64,000 nt of DNA. Source: Octopus vulgaris. Its lineage: Eukaryota. Under the pieces are notes generated by a model. The model made no database searches. It was not told the DNA's origin and worked only from the letters and a program-made list of their open reading frames with translations. Below are positions 51,520 through 62,756 of this stretch, one piece after another. Every line of letters starts with the position of its first letter. Position 1 is the first letter of the stretch. The stretch is taken from contig OX597832.1 in NCBI GenBank assembly GCA_951406725.2, positions 44,144,001 through 44,208,000 on the forward strand, read 5' to 3'. The position numbers were made by a program, and so were the translations under genes.

Positions 51520-51870
51520 AATAAGTTAATTTTTTGGCTCAAAAAGCAAAGAGCAAGGCCATGTAGGGGGACATGGAGTTATGTACAGGGAGGGTGTTCA
51601 TGCAACGAGTTCAGGCCATTTCTGGTCAAGAGAGACTTTGAACCGAGCGGTTGTCGGCATCTTCACTATCTCGTCCGGCAGCTTATTCCACGGATCCGCA
51701 ACCCGGACGGAGAAAGCCCCTCTCCTTCGATTGAGATGAAATCGTCGCAGATAGAGCTTTTTGGAATGACCCCGCAGCCGACGCTCTGGAGCAGGAGTGA
51801 AGAGCAGCTCTTTCGAGAGGTTACACTTTCCACTTATGATGTTGTGAGCGAGAATGAGATCACCACGGCG
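51520..51870 (-). mobile_element. CR1-clade LINE, 5'-truncated 3' end
   Basis: RRGDLI...LRGHSKKL...FSVRVADPWNKLPDEIV...FKVSLD matches the CR1 ORF2 C-terminal pattern; CpG-rich and stop-free, so probably young. Confidence 0.85.
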
Positions 51871-52272
51871 ATAGTATGTAATTAATTAATGTGAAGGGTA
51901 AATATTCTCTTAAAATCAATTTTTATACATTCAATGTAGGTGATGAGACGGTCTTCAATATATTTCGTTTTATTTATATTTACCATAAACACATGACTAT
52001 CAAAAAGCCATACCAAAGACATCTCATGTATCACAGAGACAAGGACAAAAACAGAGACTGAGATTTATTGGTTAGTGCCTATCAGAGCTAGTAGGTGATA
52101 TTTTTCTGAGGAAACCTTGTTATGGTAAACAGGGTAGAGAATGCGAAAAGACTTAGGATGCACTTTTCAAGAGCTTAAATGTGCCATCCTGAAAGACAGA
52201 GAGGAATGGAAGCCATGTATTATTTATAAAAGTGCCAAGATTTCATTACCGAAGTAAAATTGTCATTTTTAA

Positions 52273-52494
52273 CCCTTTAGCATTCAAACCGGCCATATCC
52301 GGCCAGAATATTTAACCTGTTTTATATTGAAACTGACCAGATCTCGCCTCTTACCTCAGCCCTACCATGTCATTCTAAAACTAAAAAAAATCACTTCACT
52401 GAAATCTTTAAACTACAAGATAATGCAGGATTAATTTAAAACAATAAAAATAAACAAACATCACATTTGACAGAATAATCTGAACACTAAAGGG
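52273..52494 (+). mobile_element. piggyBac-type MITE family 2. Other copies at about 23075-23270, 35431-35639, 44489-44699(-), 53932-54154, 54366-54584, 61646-61853(-)
   Basis: TTAA|CCCTTTAGCATTCAAACCGGCCATATCCGGCC...CTGAACACTAAAGGG|TTAA. Confidence 0.8.
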
Positions 52495-53020
52495 TTAAAG
52501 ACCACAGGGCTCAAACTCCTCTGATTTGAAAGCTAAATTATGAATAATGCTGATCTATCATAACGATGCCATATGATATAAATATGTCAAAAAGAGACCA
52601 AATGTATTGGCACTCAATATAGCATTTAAATAACATCATATTTCAATTAGCAATCGTGGTTTTTGAAGTTCTAAAGCTTAAAACAGCAAACTCTAAGGGG
52701 TGAATGACCCAAACTAAAAGGCTAATTAGTTAACATTAATTAGCACATTGATAACTGTTATAGGATACGGTTTGGTAGTTGTCCTACCCAAACAAGCATG
52801 GATGAGTGGATGTTAAAACAATGATGATAAAGACGGTGACACAAATTTTTCAGATTTCTAAAAGGAATGGTGTGAAAGACATGATGATACAAAGCGAAAT
52901 AGTTACAAATGAATTGTTTAGCTCAACCCTGGTAAACTTAACAACAACCCTTTAAGTGTTTCAAATTCCAACAGAGGAAATCGGAAGAATAGATGGAAAG
53001 AAATTCAGGAAGATACTAAC

Positions 53021-53580
53021 ATTCCTCTTTTTTTTCAAATGATACATTTCACTCGTTTCATAAAACATCATCGCTTTTCTGCTGATCGCATCTAAATTCT
53101 TGGCTGTTCGATGAGTCATTTGCCGTCTGGGGAGCGAAGCATATTTGTCCTTCTTGGGAAGTTTGCTTTTGCTGGAATTGGTATCCTCTTTGTTCGACGG
53201 TGTATCGTCAGCAGAAGTTAGCTTGTCTTTGTCTTGCACAGAAGAGCAAGAATTCTCATCGACACACTCGTTAGATGCAGGTGACGTCAACGGACTCTTA
53301 GCAGTTTCATTCTTGTTGCAATCTAAATTTTTAGGGGGGCTTGATTTCTTGGACTCGGTTGGCAAGTTCTTAGTGGGGGAATCACAGCAACAGGTCGTCA
53401 ACTCACAACAAGGTTTCGCACAGTCTACTTTCAACTTTGTATTTTCATTGTTATCACAGATGCAACCTAAACGGCAATATTCTTTATCACAGGCCTTAGT
53501 AGAAATTGCACAAGGCTTAGTTAATTCTTCATTATTCTCTGAAATCCAACACAAGTGACAGATACAGCCATACCGGCAAC
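53021..53580 (-). CDS. MGA: MGA-like exon with conserved Cys-rich MGA (DUF4801-type) motif
   Basis: phase 1-0; GCRYGCICHLC...CDKEYCRLGCICD...CAKPCCELTTCCC; CxxxxCRLGCxC is characteristic of MGA-family proteins. Confidence 0.9.
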
Positions 53581-56136
53581 CTAGGCATGGAAAGAAAAAA
53601 AATAATAATAGAAAGGAAAAGAAAAATACCAGACAAGATCAACTAAAGTTGTCTAAATTTACAAATCAAAAAATGAAAAGAAAAGTCTGATTTTTATCTT
53701 CCCTTTTTCTCTTTAACCCTTTTGATACCAACCCGGCTCTGGCTCTGTAGTACAAATGTCTTGTTTTCATAAGTTGTGAATTAAAATCTTCCACCAAACC
53801 TTAGTCATAATTACTGTTCCTAACACCAGCTTAATGATAACTAAATTATTCTACAAAATTCTTCGTTATATCTAAAATAATTGAGAGAAATACATAACGT
53901 CCCAAAATAAATACAGTAATGAAAGGGTTAACTCTTTTGTATTTAAACCGGCCATATATTCAGCCAAAATGTTCTGCCTCTCTTTTATGTTCAAACTGGT
54001 CAGATCCAGCATCTCACACCTACCCTACAATGTCATTCTAAAAATAAACAATCATATTAAAAATCTCAAAGCTATAAGATAATCCATGATTAATTCAAAA
54101 CAATGTAAATAAACAAGCATTACATTAGACAGAGTAAATCTGAATTCTTAAGGGTTAAACTGGCCATATCTAAGCTCAAATATTCTACCTGTTGTACATT
54201 CAAGCCAGCCAGATCCAGCCTCTCACGCCTATCCTACATCAACCTTCTAAAGATAAAGCAATCACATTGTCAAAATCCCAAAGCTACAAGATAATGTGTG
54301 ATTATTAATTCAAGACAATGTGTAGAAATAAGCATTACATTTGACAAAATAATCTGAATGTTTAACCCTTTAGTATTTAAACCGGCCATATTCGGCCAAA
54401 ATAGCTAATTTGTTTTATGTTCAAACTGACCAGATCCAGGCTCTCACACCTACCCCACAATGTTATTCTACATTAAGTAATTACACCATCAACATCTTGA
54501 AGAGATGAGATAATGCATGATTAACTCAAATCAATGGGAATCAATAAGCATTATGTTTGATAGAATAATCTGAACACTAAAGGGTTAAAGGGTTATGTTA
54601 AGGTTTTTAAAAATCCAAGATCCAAGATTAATTATTTTTGGTTTTGGTTTTATATTCATTTCGCAAAATTCTTGATGTGTTGTAAAATCCTGTGTTGAAA
54701 CGGCTGTTTGGAGAATCCATTTTTGTCAATAAACACACAAGTACACACACTGGTTATATTTCACTTGTTTTTATTATTAGTCAACTCATCAACCAGTAGA
54801 CTTGATTAATCAAATCAGCCCATTTGTTACAGTTCTTTCACTGCCATTTACGTTGGAGATAAGACAGGACCTGGAGTAATGAGGTCATGTTATTGATGAG
54901 GATCAAACAATTAATTGGTTAATTGGTTAATTAGTTTATTCAATAATTCCTAGAAATTTTGGCACAAGGCCAGCAATTTTAGGGACACTGAAAGGATAAA
55001 AGCCAGAGTTGACCTTGGTAGGATTTGAACTCAGAATGTAAAGAACTGAAAGAAATACCACTAAGGATTTTTTTTCCCAATGTGCTAATGATTCTACCAG
55101 TGCCATAAGGCCCGAAATTTTGGGGGAAGGGTGCTAGACAATCACACTGACCCCAGTACTTCACTGGTACCTCTTTTTCATCAAACCCAAAAGGATGAAA
55201 GGCAAAGTCAACCTCAGTGGAATTTGAACTCTGAATATAGAGATTGACAAAATGCAACTAAGCATTTTTGACTGACATGCTAACGATTCTGCCAGCTTGC
55301 CACCTCGTAACTGACAAATGAGGATAAAAAGAAATCAAATAGAATCCGGATGTATTTGTTTCTTTTTGTCAAAATGACCCCCAACAAAATTTCATTTTTG
55401 AAAATTACTTTTTGCCAACAATCATCTCTATTCTATATTTTTTGGTCAGGAATCAGGCCTTAAAATGGATATTGTTGGGTTTTCTATTGTTCCTTTCTTT
55501 CTTTCTTTTTTTTTTTTGTTAAGTTAAGCATATTATTTAACCCTTTCATGACTAACCCGGCTGAAACCGGCTCTGGCTCTGAGTACAAATATCTTGTTTT
55601 CAAAAGTTTCAAATTAAAATCTTAGTCACAATTTATGTTCCTAACACCAGCTGAATGATAACCAAGTTATTTTACTAAATTCTTTGTTATATTTAAAGTA
55701 ATTGAAAGAAACACAGAGCATCTCAAAATAAATACAGTAATGAAAGGGTTAACAAGCTAAAAAGAAGGGGGGGGAAAAGTGAATAGTTGTTTATTAATTG
55801 CTGAAGTAAAACATACGTGAATATCAAAATATCTATACCATTTTCCTTAAATGATTTTGATGCATTTAGTTATATGAGCGATAGGAATACCATGATACTC
55901 AAGAATTACAATATAGCAGCTGAAGTGAAATAGATTAAATATAACGCATGGGATATGCAGAGTGAACCTGAGAGAGTCTTTCTTGATTCACCAGTGAGAC
56001 CAACCTCTGAGAGGCAACATGGCTTGTCTTTGGTTAGGGTTAAGGAACAGAGCACGCTTACGAGGCCAGATTACTGACAGAGTTTAGTGTAAGGAACAGC
56101 TCAATAAATTCCCATTGGAGACAAATTTTTACACAT

Positions 56137-56532
56137 AGGCGCAGGAGTGGCTGTGTGGTAAGTAGCTTGTTTACCAACCACATGGTTCCGGGTTCAGTCC
56201 CACTGCATGGCACCTTGGGCAAGTGTCTTCTACTATAGCCTCGAGCCGAACAAAGCCTTGTGAGTGGATTTGGTAGACGGAAACTGAAAGAAGCCCGTCG
56301 TATATATGTAAATATATATATATATATATATGCGTATGTGTGTTTGTCCCCCTAGCATTGCTTGACAACCGATGCTGGTGTGTTTATGTCCCCGTCACTT
56401 AGCGGTTCGGCAAAAGAAGACCGATAGAATAAGTACTGGGCTTACAAAAGAATAAGTCCCGGGGTCGAGTTGCTCGATTAAAGGCGGTGCTGCAGCATGG
56501 CCGCAGTCAAATGACTGAAACAAGTAAAAGAG
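56137..56532 (+). mobile_element. tRNA-derived CORE-like SINE with internal (TA)n/(TG)n. Other copies at 15345-15738(-), 20233-20692, 32760-33167, 33540-33925(-), 60556-60987(-), plus fragments
   Basis: A box TGGCTGTGTGGT, B box GGTTCAGTCCC, CACCTTGGGCAAGT core, tail ...AATGACTGAAACAAGTAAAAGAG. Confidence 0.88.
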
Positions 56533-56561
56533 ATTATCAAAGTCCATATCTGATTACAAAC

Positions 56562-56763
56562 CTGGTTTATTACATTTCTCATTTTTTGCTTTCAGCTTTT
56601 GACGAGCCAGGAGAATGCGGACAGTTTCCTTATCTAGTTCTTCCTCAGAGGTGTTGCAGAGACGGACTGCAGGTGCTTGACTGGGGTGTTTTTCCTTGTA
56701 ACCTTTGCAGCCTCCCAGGGGTATCAACTGTGAAGCCTCCTCCAATCTCCTTTTCTCATCCAT
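56562..56763 (-). CDS. MGA: MGA-like exon
   Basis: tag|ATG, phase 0-1; MDEKRRLEEASQ...VRILLARQKLKAKNEKCNKP(G), joining in frame to CRYGCIC. Confidence 0.85.
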
Positions 56764-56905
56764 CTAAACAAGGAATAGATGCAAAAAAATAATGTCGCTT
56801 TAAGAAACAGCAAATGCAAAACATTTTCTCAGTTTCAAAGATAGATAATTACAAAGTAAAATTTGAAGGGGGGCGGGGGCACCTTAAGATGAACCTTGTT
56901 TAAAT

Positions 56906-57103
56906 CAGTGGTTTTCAACCAGGGCTCCGCCAATACAGTGCAGGGGTTCTGCAAGAAGTTACAAAACTGCTAAAATCGGCAGTAATTTATAATTCTCCTG
57001 TGCAGATATGTGTGCATAAGACTATTAAATTATTGCACAGGGGTTCCTCGAGCCAGTGGAATGTTTCCTTGGGGTTCCGCTCCAGCAAAAAGTTTGAAAA
57101 GCA

Positions 57104-57146
<43 letters not shown>

Positions 57147-57807
57147 CAGTGGTTTTCAACCAGGGTTCCGCCAATACAGTACAGGGGTTCCGCAAGAAGT
57201 TACAAAACTGCTAAAATCGGCAGTAATTTTTAATTCTCCTGTGCAGATATGTGTGCATAAGACTATTAAATTATTGCACAGGGGTTCCTCGAGCCAGTGG
57301 AATGTTTCCTTGGGGTTCCGCTCCAGCAAAAAGTTTGAAAAGCACTGATATATATATATATATATATATATATAGAGCAGTGGTTTTCAACCAGGGTTCC
57401 GCCAATACAGTACAGGGGTTCTGCAAGAAGTTACAAAACTGCTAAAATCGGCAGTAATTTTTAATTCTCCTGTGCAGATATGTGTGCATAAGACTATTAA
57501 ATTATTGCACAGGGGTTCCTCGAGCCAGTGGAATGTTTCCTTGGGGTTCCGCTCCAGCAAAAAGTTTGAAAAGCACTGATATATATATATATATATATAT
57601 ATAGAGCAGTGGTTTTCAACCAGGGTTCCGCCAATACAGTGCAGGGGTTCCGCAAGAAGTTACAAAACTGCTAAAATCGGCAGTAATTTATAATTCTCCT
57701 GTGCAGATATGTGTGCATAAGACTATTAGATTATTGCACAGGGGTTCCTCGAGCCAGTGGAATGTTTCCTTGGGGTTCCGCTCCAGCAAAAAGTTTGAAA
57801 AGCACTG
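56906..57807 (+). mobile_element. tandem tetramer of a 201-bp hAT-type MITE
   Basis: units 56906-57106, 57147-57347, 57378-57578, 57607-57807; TIR CAGTGGTTTTCAAC/GTTTGAAAAGCACTG; 8-bp TSD GTTTAAAT around the whole array. Confidence 0.92.
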
Positions 57808-58118
57808 GTTTAAATGGATGAGGTGAACATAAGCTCCTTTCAACGAGACTGTTATAGGAGTAGTATTACATTCCATATAAACGAAAACTGATAATTCATT
57901 ATATTGTGTGCACAGGTAATATTTATAATTACAAAAGCACATTGGTTGCCATAACCTCATAGAAGAGGGTAGCCAATTGAAACCACCTCGGTACAGGACT
58001 AGTAGTTATTTTATCATCTCTAGATGAAATCAAAGCAAAAGAACACGCTTAAGTTCTTAAAGACAATTTGGTCTTCTATTTCTACCACTCCAATATTTTC
58101 AAATTTATCATCATCGTC

Positions 58119-58697
58119 ATAATAATAATAATAATAACAATAATAAAATGCCCTGATGCAGTACCAGGCAGTGGCTCTCATGGCTTCTGATCTTAACTGA
58201 TTGGAAGTGTTATCATGTACTTTGTTTTGTCTTGGTATAAAAGATGGGCTACAGCAAATATTCTGCTCAATACCACAGATTTGCTTGTCAGTTGTTTGAC
58301 CTTAACCAGTTGAGCATGTCCCTTAGTGGCTGACCATATGTGCATCTCTGATCACGAGCAGAAGTAGTGGGGGAGCATCATAGCCATGTGTTAAGAGGGA
58401 TTCTTTGGGACTTGAATAATTCACCTCTGGAATCATGGGTGGTTCTTTCAACATCTTTAAACAACCCTTATTCAGGGACCTTTGAGCAGGATTGACTACT
58501 AACCTGAAGAAAATTCTAAGTGGGCCCCACCTGCAAGGTCATGTGCTGTTTATCTTGATATGAGATCACCATGTCGCGCACATATGGTTGTGATGCATGT
58601 GCCTGGTGTACCCTTATCAGACGGGTAGTCATGATGGGTATATTGGGCTTCATATATTTTACCCTAGTGTCACTTTGATGGCATGCACTGCTCTCTC

Positions 58698-58734
<37 letters not shown>

Positions 58735-58960
58735 GGGGATAGCGAGGCTCAGAAAGTTACTTTGTTCCTGGAGACAGTGAGGCTAAGAAAACCGCTTTAT
58801 CAAGGTGCTCAGAAAATTGGTTTATAGGAGACCGTGAGGATTTCGAAATTGATATTTGGGTCTTAAATTTTGTGGAATGAGACCCTTGACAAGTTGTTGA
58901 CCACTCTTACAGAATTAACCAGAGCAAGTCAAATGGAAATAATAATAATAATAATCCTTT
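58119..58960. mobile_element. elements inserted in (AAT)n tracts, including a possible Dong/R4-like LINE 3' remnant
   Basis: ~550-bp element 58148-58697 between AAT runs; 58734-58865 encodes two degenerate QKxxLxETVRI/L copies resembling R4/Dong C-termini. Confidence 0.5.
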
Positions 58961-60784
58961 CTACTATAGACAAAAGGCCTGAAGTTTTTGGTTTTTTTTG
59001 GGGGGGGGGGGGGGTTAGTTGATTACATTGACTCCAGTTTTTCACTGGTACTTAATTTATCAACCCCGTAAAGATGAAAGGCAAAGTCGACCTTGGCGAA
59101 ATTTGAACTCAGAACGTGCCCGAGACACTTTTTAGAATTAGAATATTTGAAAATAAACTCGAATTTTCCACAGTCCTTTCTAATATAGGCACAAGGCCTG
59201 AAATTTTGGAGGAGGGAGCCAGTCAATTACATTGACCCCAGTGTGTAACTGGTACTTATTTCATAGAACCCCCCCCCCCCAAAAGGACGAAAGACAAAGT
59301 CAACTCCAGCGCACTTTGAACTCAGATTGTAAATATGGATGGATTACTGTTAAGCCTTCTGTTTGTTGTACTAATGAATCTGCAAGTTCACCACCTTAAC
59401 TTACTAATTAATAACAATAATAATAACCCTTTCTACAATAGGCACAAGGCCTGGAATTTCGGGAAGTGGGGAGAGTTGATTACATCGATCCCAGTACTTG
59501 ACTGGTACTTATTTTATCAACCCCAAAAGGATGAAAAGTAAGTCGACCCTGGTGGGATTTGAACCCAGAATGTAAAGACAGACAGAAATACTGCAAAGCA
59601 TTTCATCCGGCATGCTAACAATCCTGCCAGCTCCCTGTCTTAACAATAATAATAATAATAATAACAGCAATTATCACCAACCGTTAGTGGCCGTTGCCAG
59701 CCTACCCTGGCACCTGTGCCAGTGGCATGTAAAAAGCACCATCCATATGTGGACCATGCCAGCGCCGCCTTGACTGGCTTTCGTGTCGGTGGCACATAAA
59801 AAGCACCAACCGATCGTGGCCATTGCTAGCCTACCCTGGTACCTAAAAAGCACCATCCATATGTGGCCGATGCCAGCGCTGCCATGACTGGCTTCCGTGC
59901 CGGTGGCACATAAAAAGCACCAACCAATCGTGGCCGTTGCCAGCCTACCCTGGCACCTGTGCTGGTGGCACCTAAAAAGTACCATCCACACGTGGCCGAT
60001 GCCAGTGCCACCTTGACTGGCTTCCGTGTCGGTGGCATGTAAAAACCACCAACCAATCGTGACCGTTGCTAGCCTCCCCTGGCACCTGTGCAGGTGGCAC
60101 GTAATAAGCACCCACTACACTCTCGGAGTGGTTGGCGTTAGGAAGGGCTTCCAGCTATAGAAACATTGCCAGATCAGACTGGAGCCTGGTGCAGCCTCCT
60201 GGTTCCCAGACCCCGGTCGAACCGTCCAACCCATGCTTAAACAATGATGATGATGATGATGATTTCCAAGTTGGGGGCACAGAGCACAAATTCCTAGGCA
60301 AGAAGTATCGTCAATTTACTGGGGCCCAATACTTCAGTGTTATTTATTTTCTAAGCTACAAACGAGAGGTAATTAATCCCATAACAAAAACAAATAACTA
60401 TGGAACGCCGATGGGATCAACAGCCACAATATCAGAGAATGCGAATTGCCCGTTACGATATATTCAGAACTTCAAATTCAAAGAACGCAATCTGTTTCAT
60501 TATAGAACAAGAAGACAAACCTCCAAACAGAACAGTTTACACAATTCAGGAATAAACTCTCTTTTTACTCTTTACTCTTTTTACTTGTTTCAGTCATTTG
60601 ACTGCGGCCATGCTGGAGCACCACCTTTAGTCGAGCAACTCGACCCCGGGACTTATTCTTTTTGTAAGCCCAGTACTTATTCTATCGGTCTCTTTTGCCG
60701 AACCGCTAAGTAACGGGGACCTAAACACACCAGCATCGTTTGTCAAGCAATGCTAGGGGGACAAACACAGACAGACAAACATAT

Positions 60785-60815
<31 letters not shown>

Positions 60816-62695
60816 CATATATACGACAGGCTTCTTTCAGTTTCCGTCTACCAAATCCACTCACAAGGCATTGGTCGGCCCGGGGCTATAGCAGAAGACA
60901 CTTGCCCAAGATGCCACGCAGTGGGACTAAACCCAGAACCATGTGGTTGGTAGGCAAGCTACTTACCACACAGCCACTCCTGCGCCTAAACGTTTGTTAA
61001 TACAACCAACAGAGGAAAAAATATTGAAGCCCAAAGCAAAAGACTATTTATCACTTCAGCTGCTCCAGTAGACGTTAACAACCTTGGGTTAAAATACTCG
61101 TCATGAGTTACTGGAACAATTAAGATATATAATTTACTGCTACCAAATTGTAAACACGGAGATCGTTACCAGCGTCGCCTTACTGACACTTGTGCCTGTG
61201 CTAGTAGGGTGCCAAGAGCACCATCCGAGCATGATCGTTGCCAGAGCAGCCAACTGGCTTCCGTACCTGTGGCACGTAAAAGGGAACCATTCGAGTGTGA
61301 TCATTACCAACGTCGCCTTACTGGCACCTGTGCTGGTGGCACGTGTAAAAAGATTCGAGCGAGGTCATTGCTAGTACCGCCTGACTGGCTCCCGTGCCAG
61401 TGGCACGTAAAAAGCACCCACTACACTCTCGGAGTGGTTGGCGTTAGGATGGGTATCCAGCTGTAGAAACTCTGCCAGATCAAGATTGGAGCCTGGTGCA
61501 GCCATCTGGTTCGCCAGCCCTCAGTCAAAATCGTCCAACCCATGCTAGCATGGAAAGCAGACGCTAAACGATGATGATGATGATGATGAAGAAGAGATAT
61601 GAAAGGTCAAACAACAGTTTTCTTTGCCACTTGTAAATGCTGTAACCCTTTTGCATTCAGATCGCTTTTATCAAATGGAAATTCTTATTTATTTCACATT
61701 GTTTTAAATTAATCATGCACTATCTTGTAGCTTTGAGATTTGATGATGTGATTGTTTATTTTTCAGAATGACATTGTAGGGTAGGTACGAGAGGCCAGAT
61801 CTACCCGGTTTGAACACAAAGCATGTAGAATATTTGGGCCTGGCATGGCTGTGTTAACCCTTTCATTACCATATTTATTTTGAGATGCTCTGTGTTTCAT
61901 TCAATTAATTTTAAATATAACAAAGAATTTAATAAAAGAACTTAGTTATCATTAATCTAGTGTTAGGAACATAAATTGTGACTAAGGTTTGGTGGAAGAT
62001 TTGAATTCAATTAGCTGTGATACCAGTGCCGGTGGCACGTAAGAGAACCATCCGAACGTGGCCGTAGCCAGTGCTGCCCGACTGGCCTCCGTGCCGGTGG
62101 CACGTAAAAGGCACCATCCGACTGTGGCCGTTGCCAGCTTCGACTGGTCCCCGTGCCGGTGGCATGTAAAAAGCACCATCCGTATGTGGCCGTTTGCCAG
62201 CGTTGTCTGGCACGTAAAAAGCACCCACTACACTCACGGAGTGGTTGGCGTTAGGAAGGGCACCCAGCTGTAGAAACACTGCCAGATCAGACTGGAGCCT
62301 GGTGCAGCTTCCTGGCTTCCCAGATCCCAGTCGAACCGTCCAACCCATGCCAGTATGGAAAGCGGACGTTAAATGATGATGATGATGATGACTTATGAAA
62401 ACAAGACATTTGTACTACAGAGCCAGAGGCGGTTTTGGCCGGGTTGGTATCAAAAGGGTTAAATAAGGGGTAAGCTCCTGATGTGCAGCCAGATTTCAAT
62501 TCTTAAATGCAGCCTTGTAATTGCAAAACTGAAATGGCTAATGTCTTTCACAAAGGTATGAATGTCACGTCAAACAATCTGCTTTCCCTTCCCTAATTGA
62601 TTTGTAATGTGGTACCCTAAGTAAAGAAACTTATTACCAGTTTCCCCGGTTCCAATGTTGACATTTTAAAAAAGTAGGTGGCACCAACAACTAAC

Positions 62696-62756
62696 ATTTT
62701 CTTCAGCTTCAGTTACTTCAACAACTGCATTCCTCAGCTCCAGCTCTAATGACCTC
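62696..62756 (-). CDS. candidate upstream exon of the MGA-like gene
   Basis: tag|g-RSLELELRNAVVEVTEAEEN|gttagt ends in phase 0, compatible with the next exon; acceptor pyrimidine tract is weak. Confidence 0.45.

Noticed and set aside
51472-51885. 137-aa plus-strand ORF
   Set aside because: Antisense frame of a CR1 LINE fragment
53145-53558. 137-aa plus-strand ORF (also 38405-38587 and 56487-56792)
   Set aside because: Antisense shadows of MGA-like exons
56137-56210. tRNA gene
   Set aside because: A/B boxes belong to a SINE head with many copies; no complete cloverleaf
58148-58200. Hammerhead ribozyme core (CTGATG...)
   Set aside because: Reads CTGATGC, not CTGATGA, with no matching GAAA or stems; other CTGATGA hits also lacked the fold by eye
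59674-60111. CRISPR-like array of palindromic repeats and repetitive ORFs
   Set aside because: The spacers are related to each other, the array is part of a dispersed eukaryotic SINE-like family, and there are no cas genes
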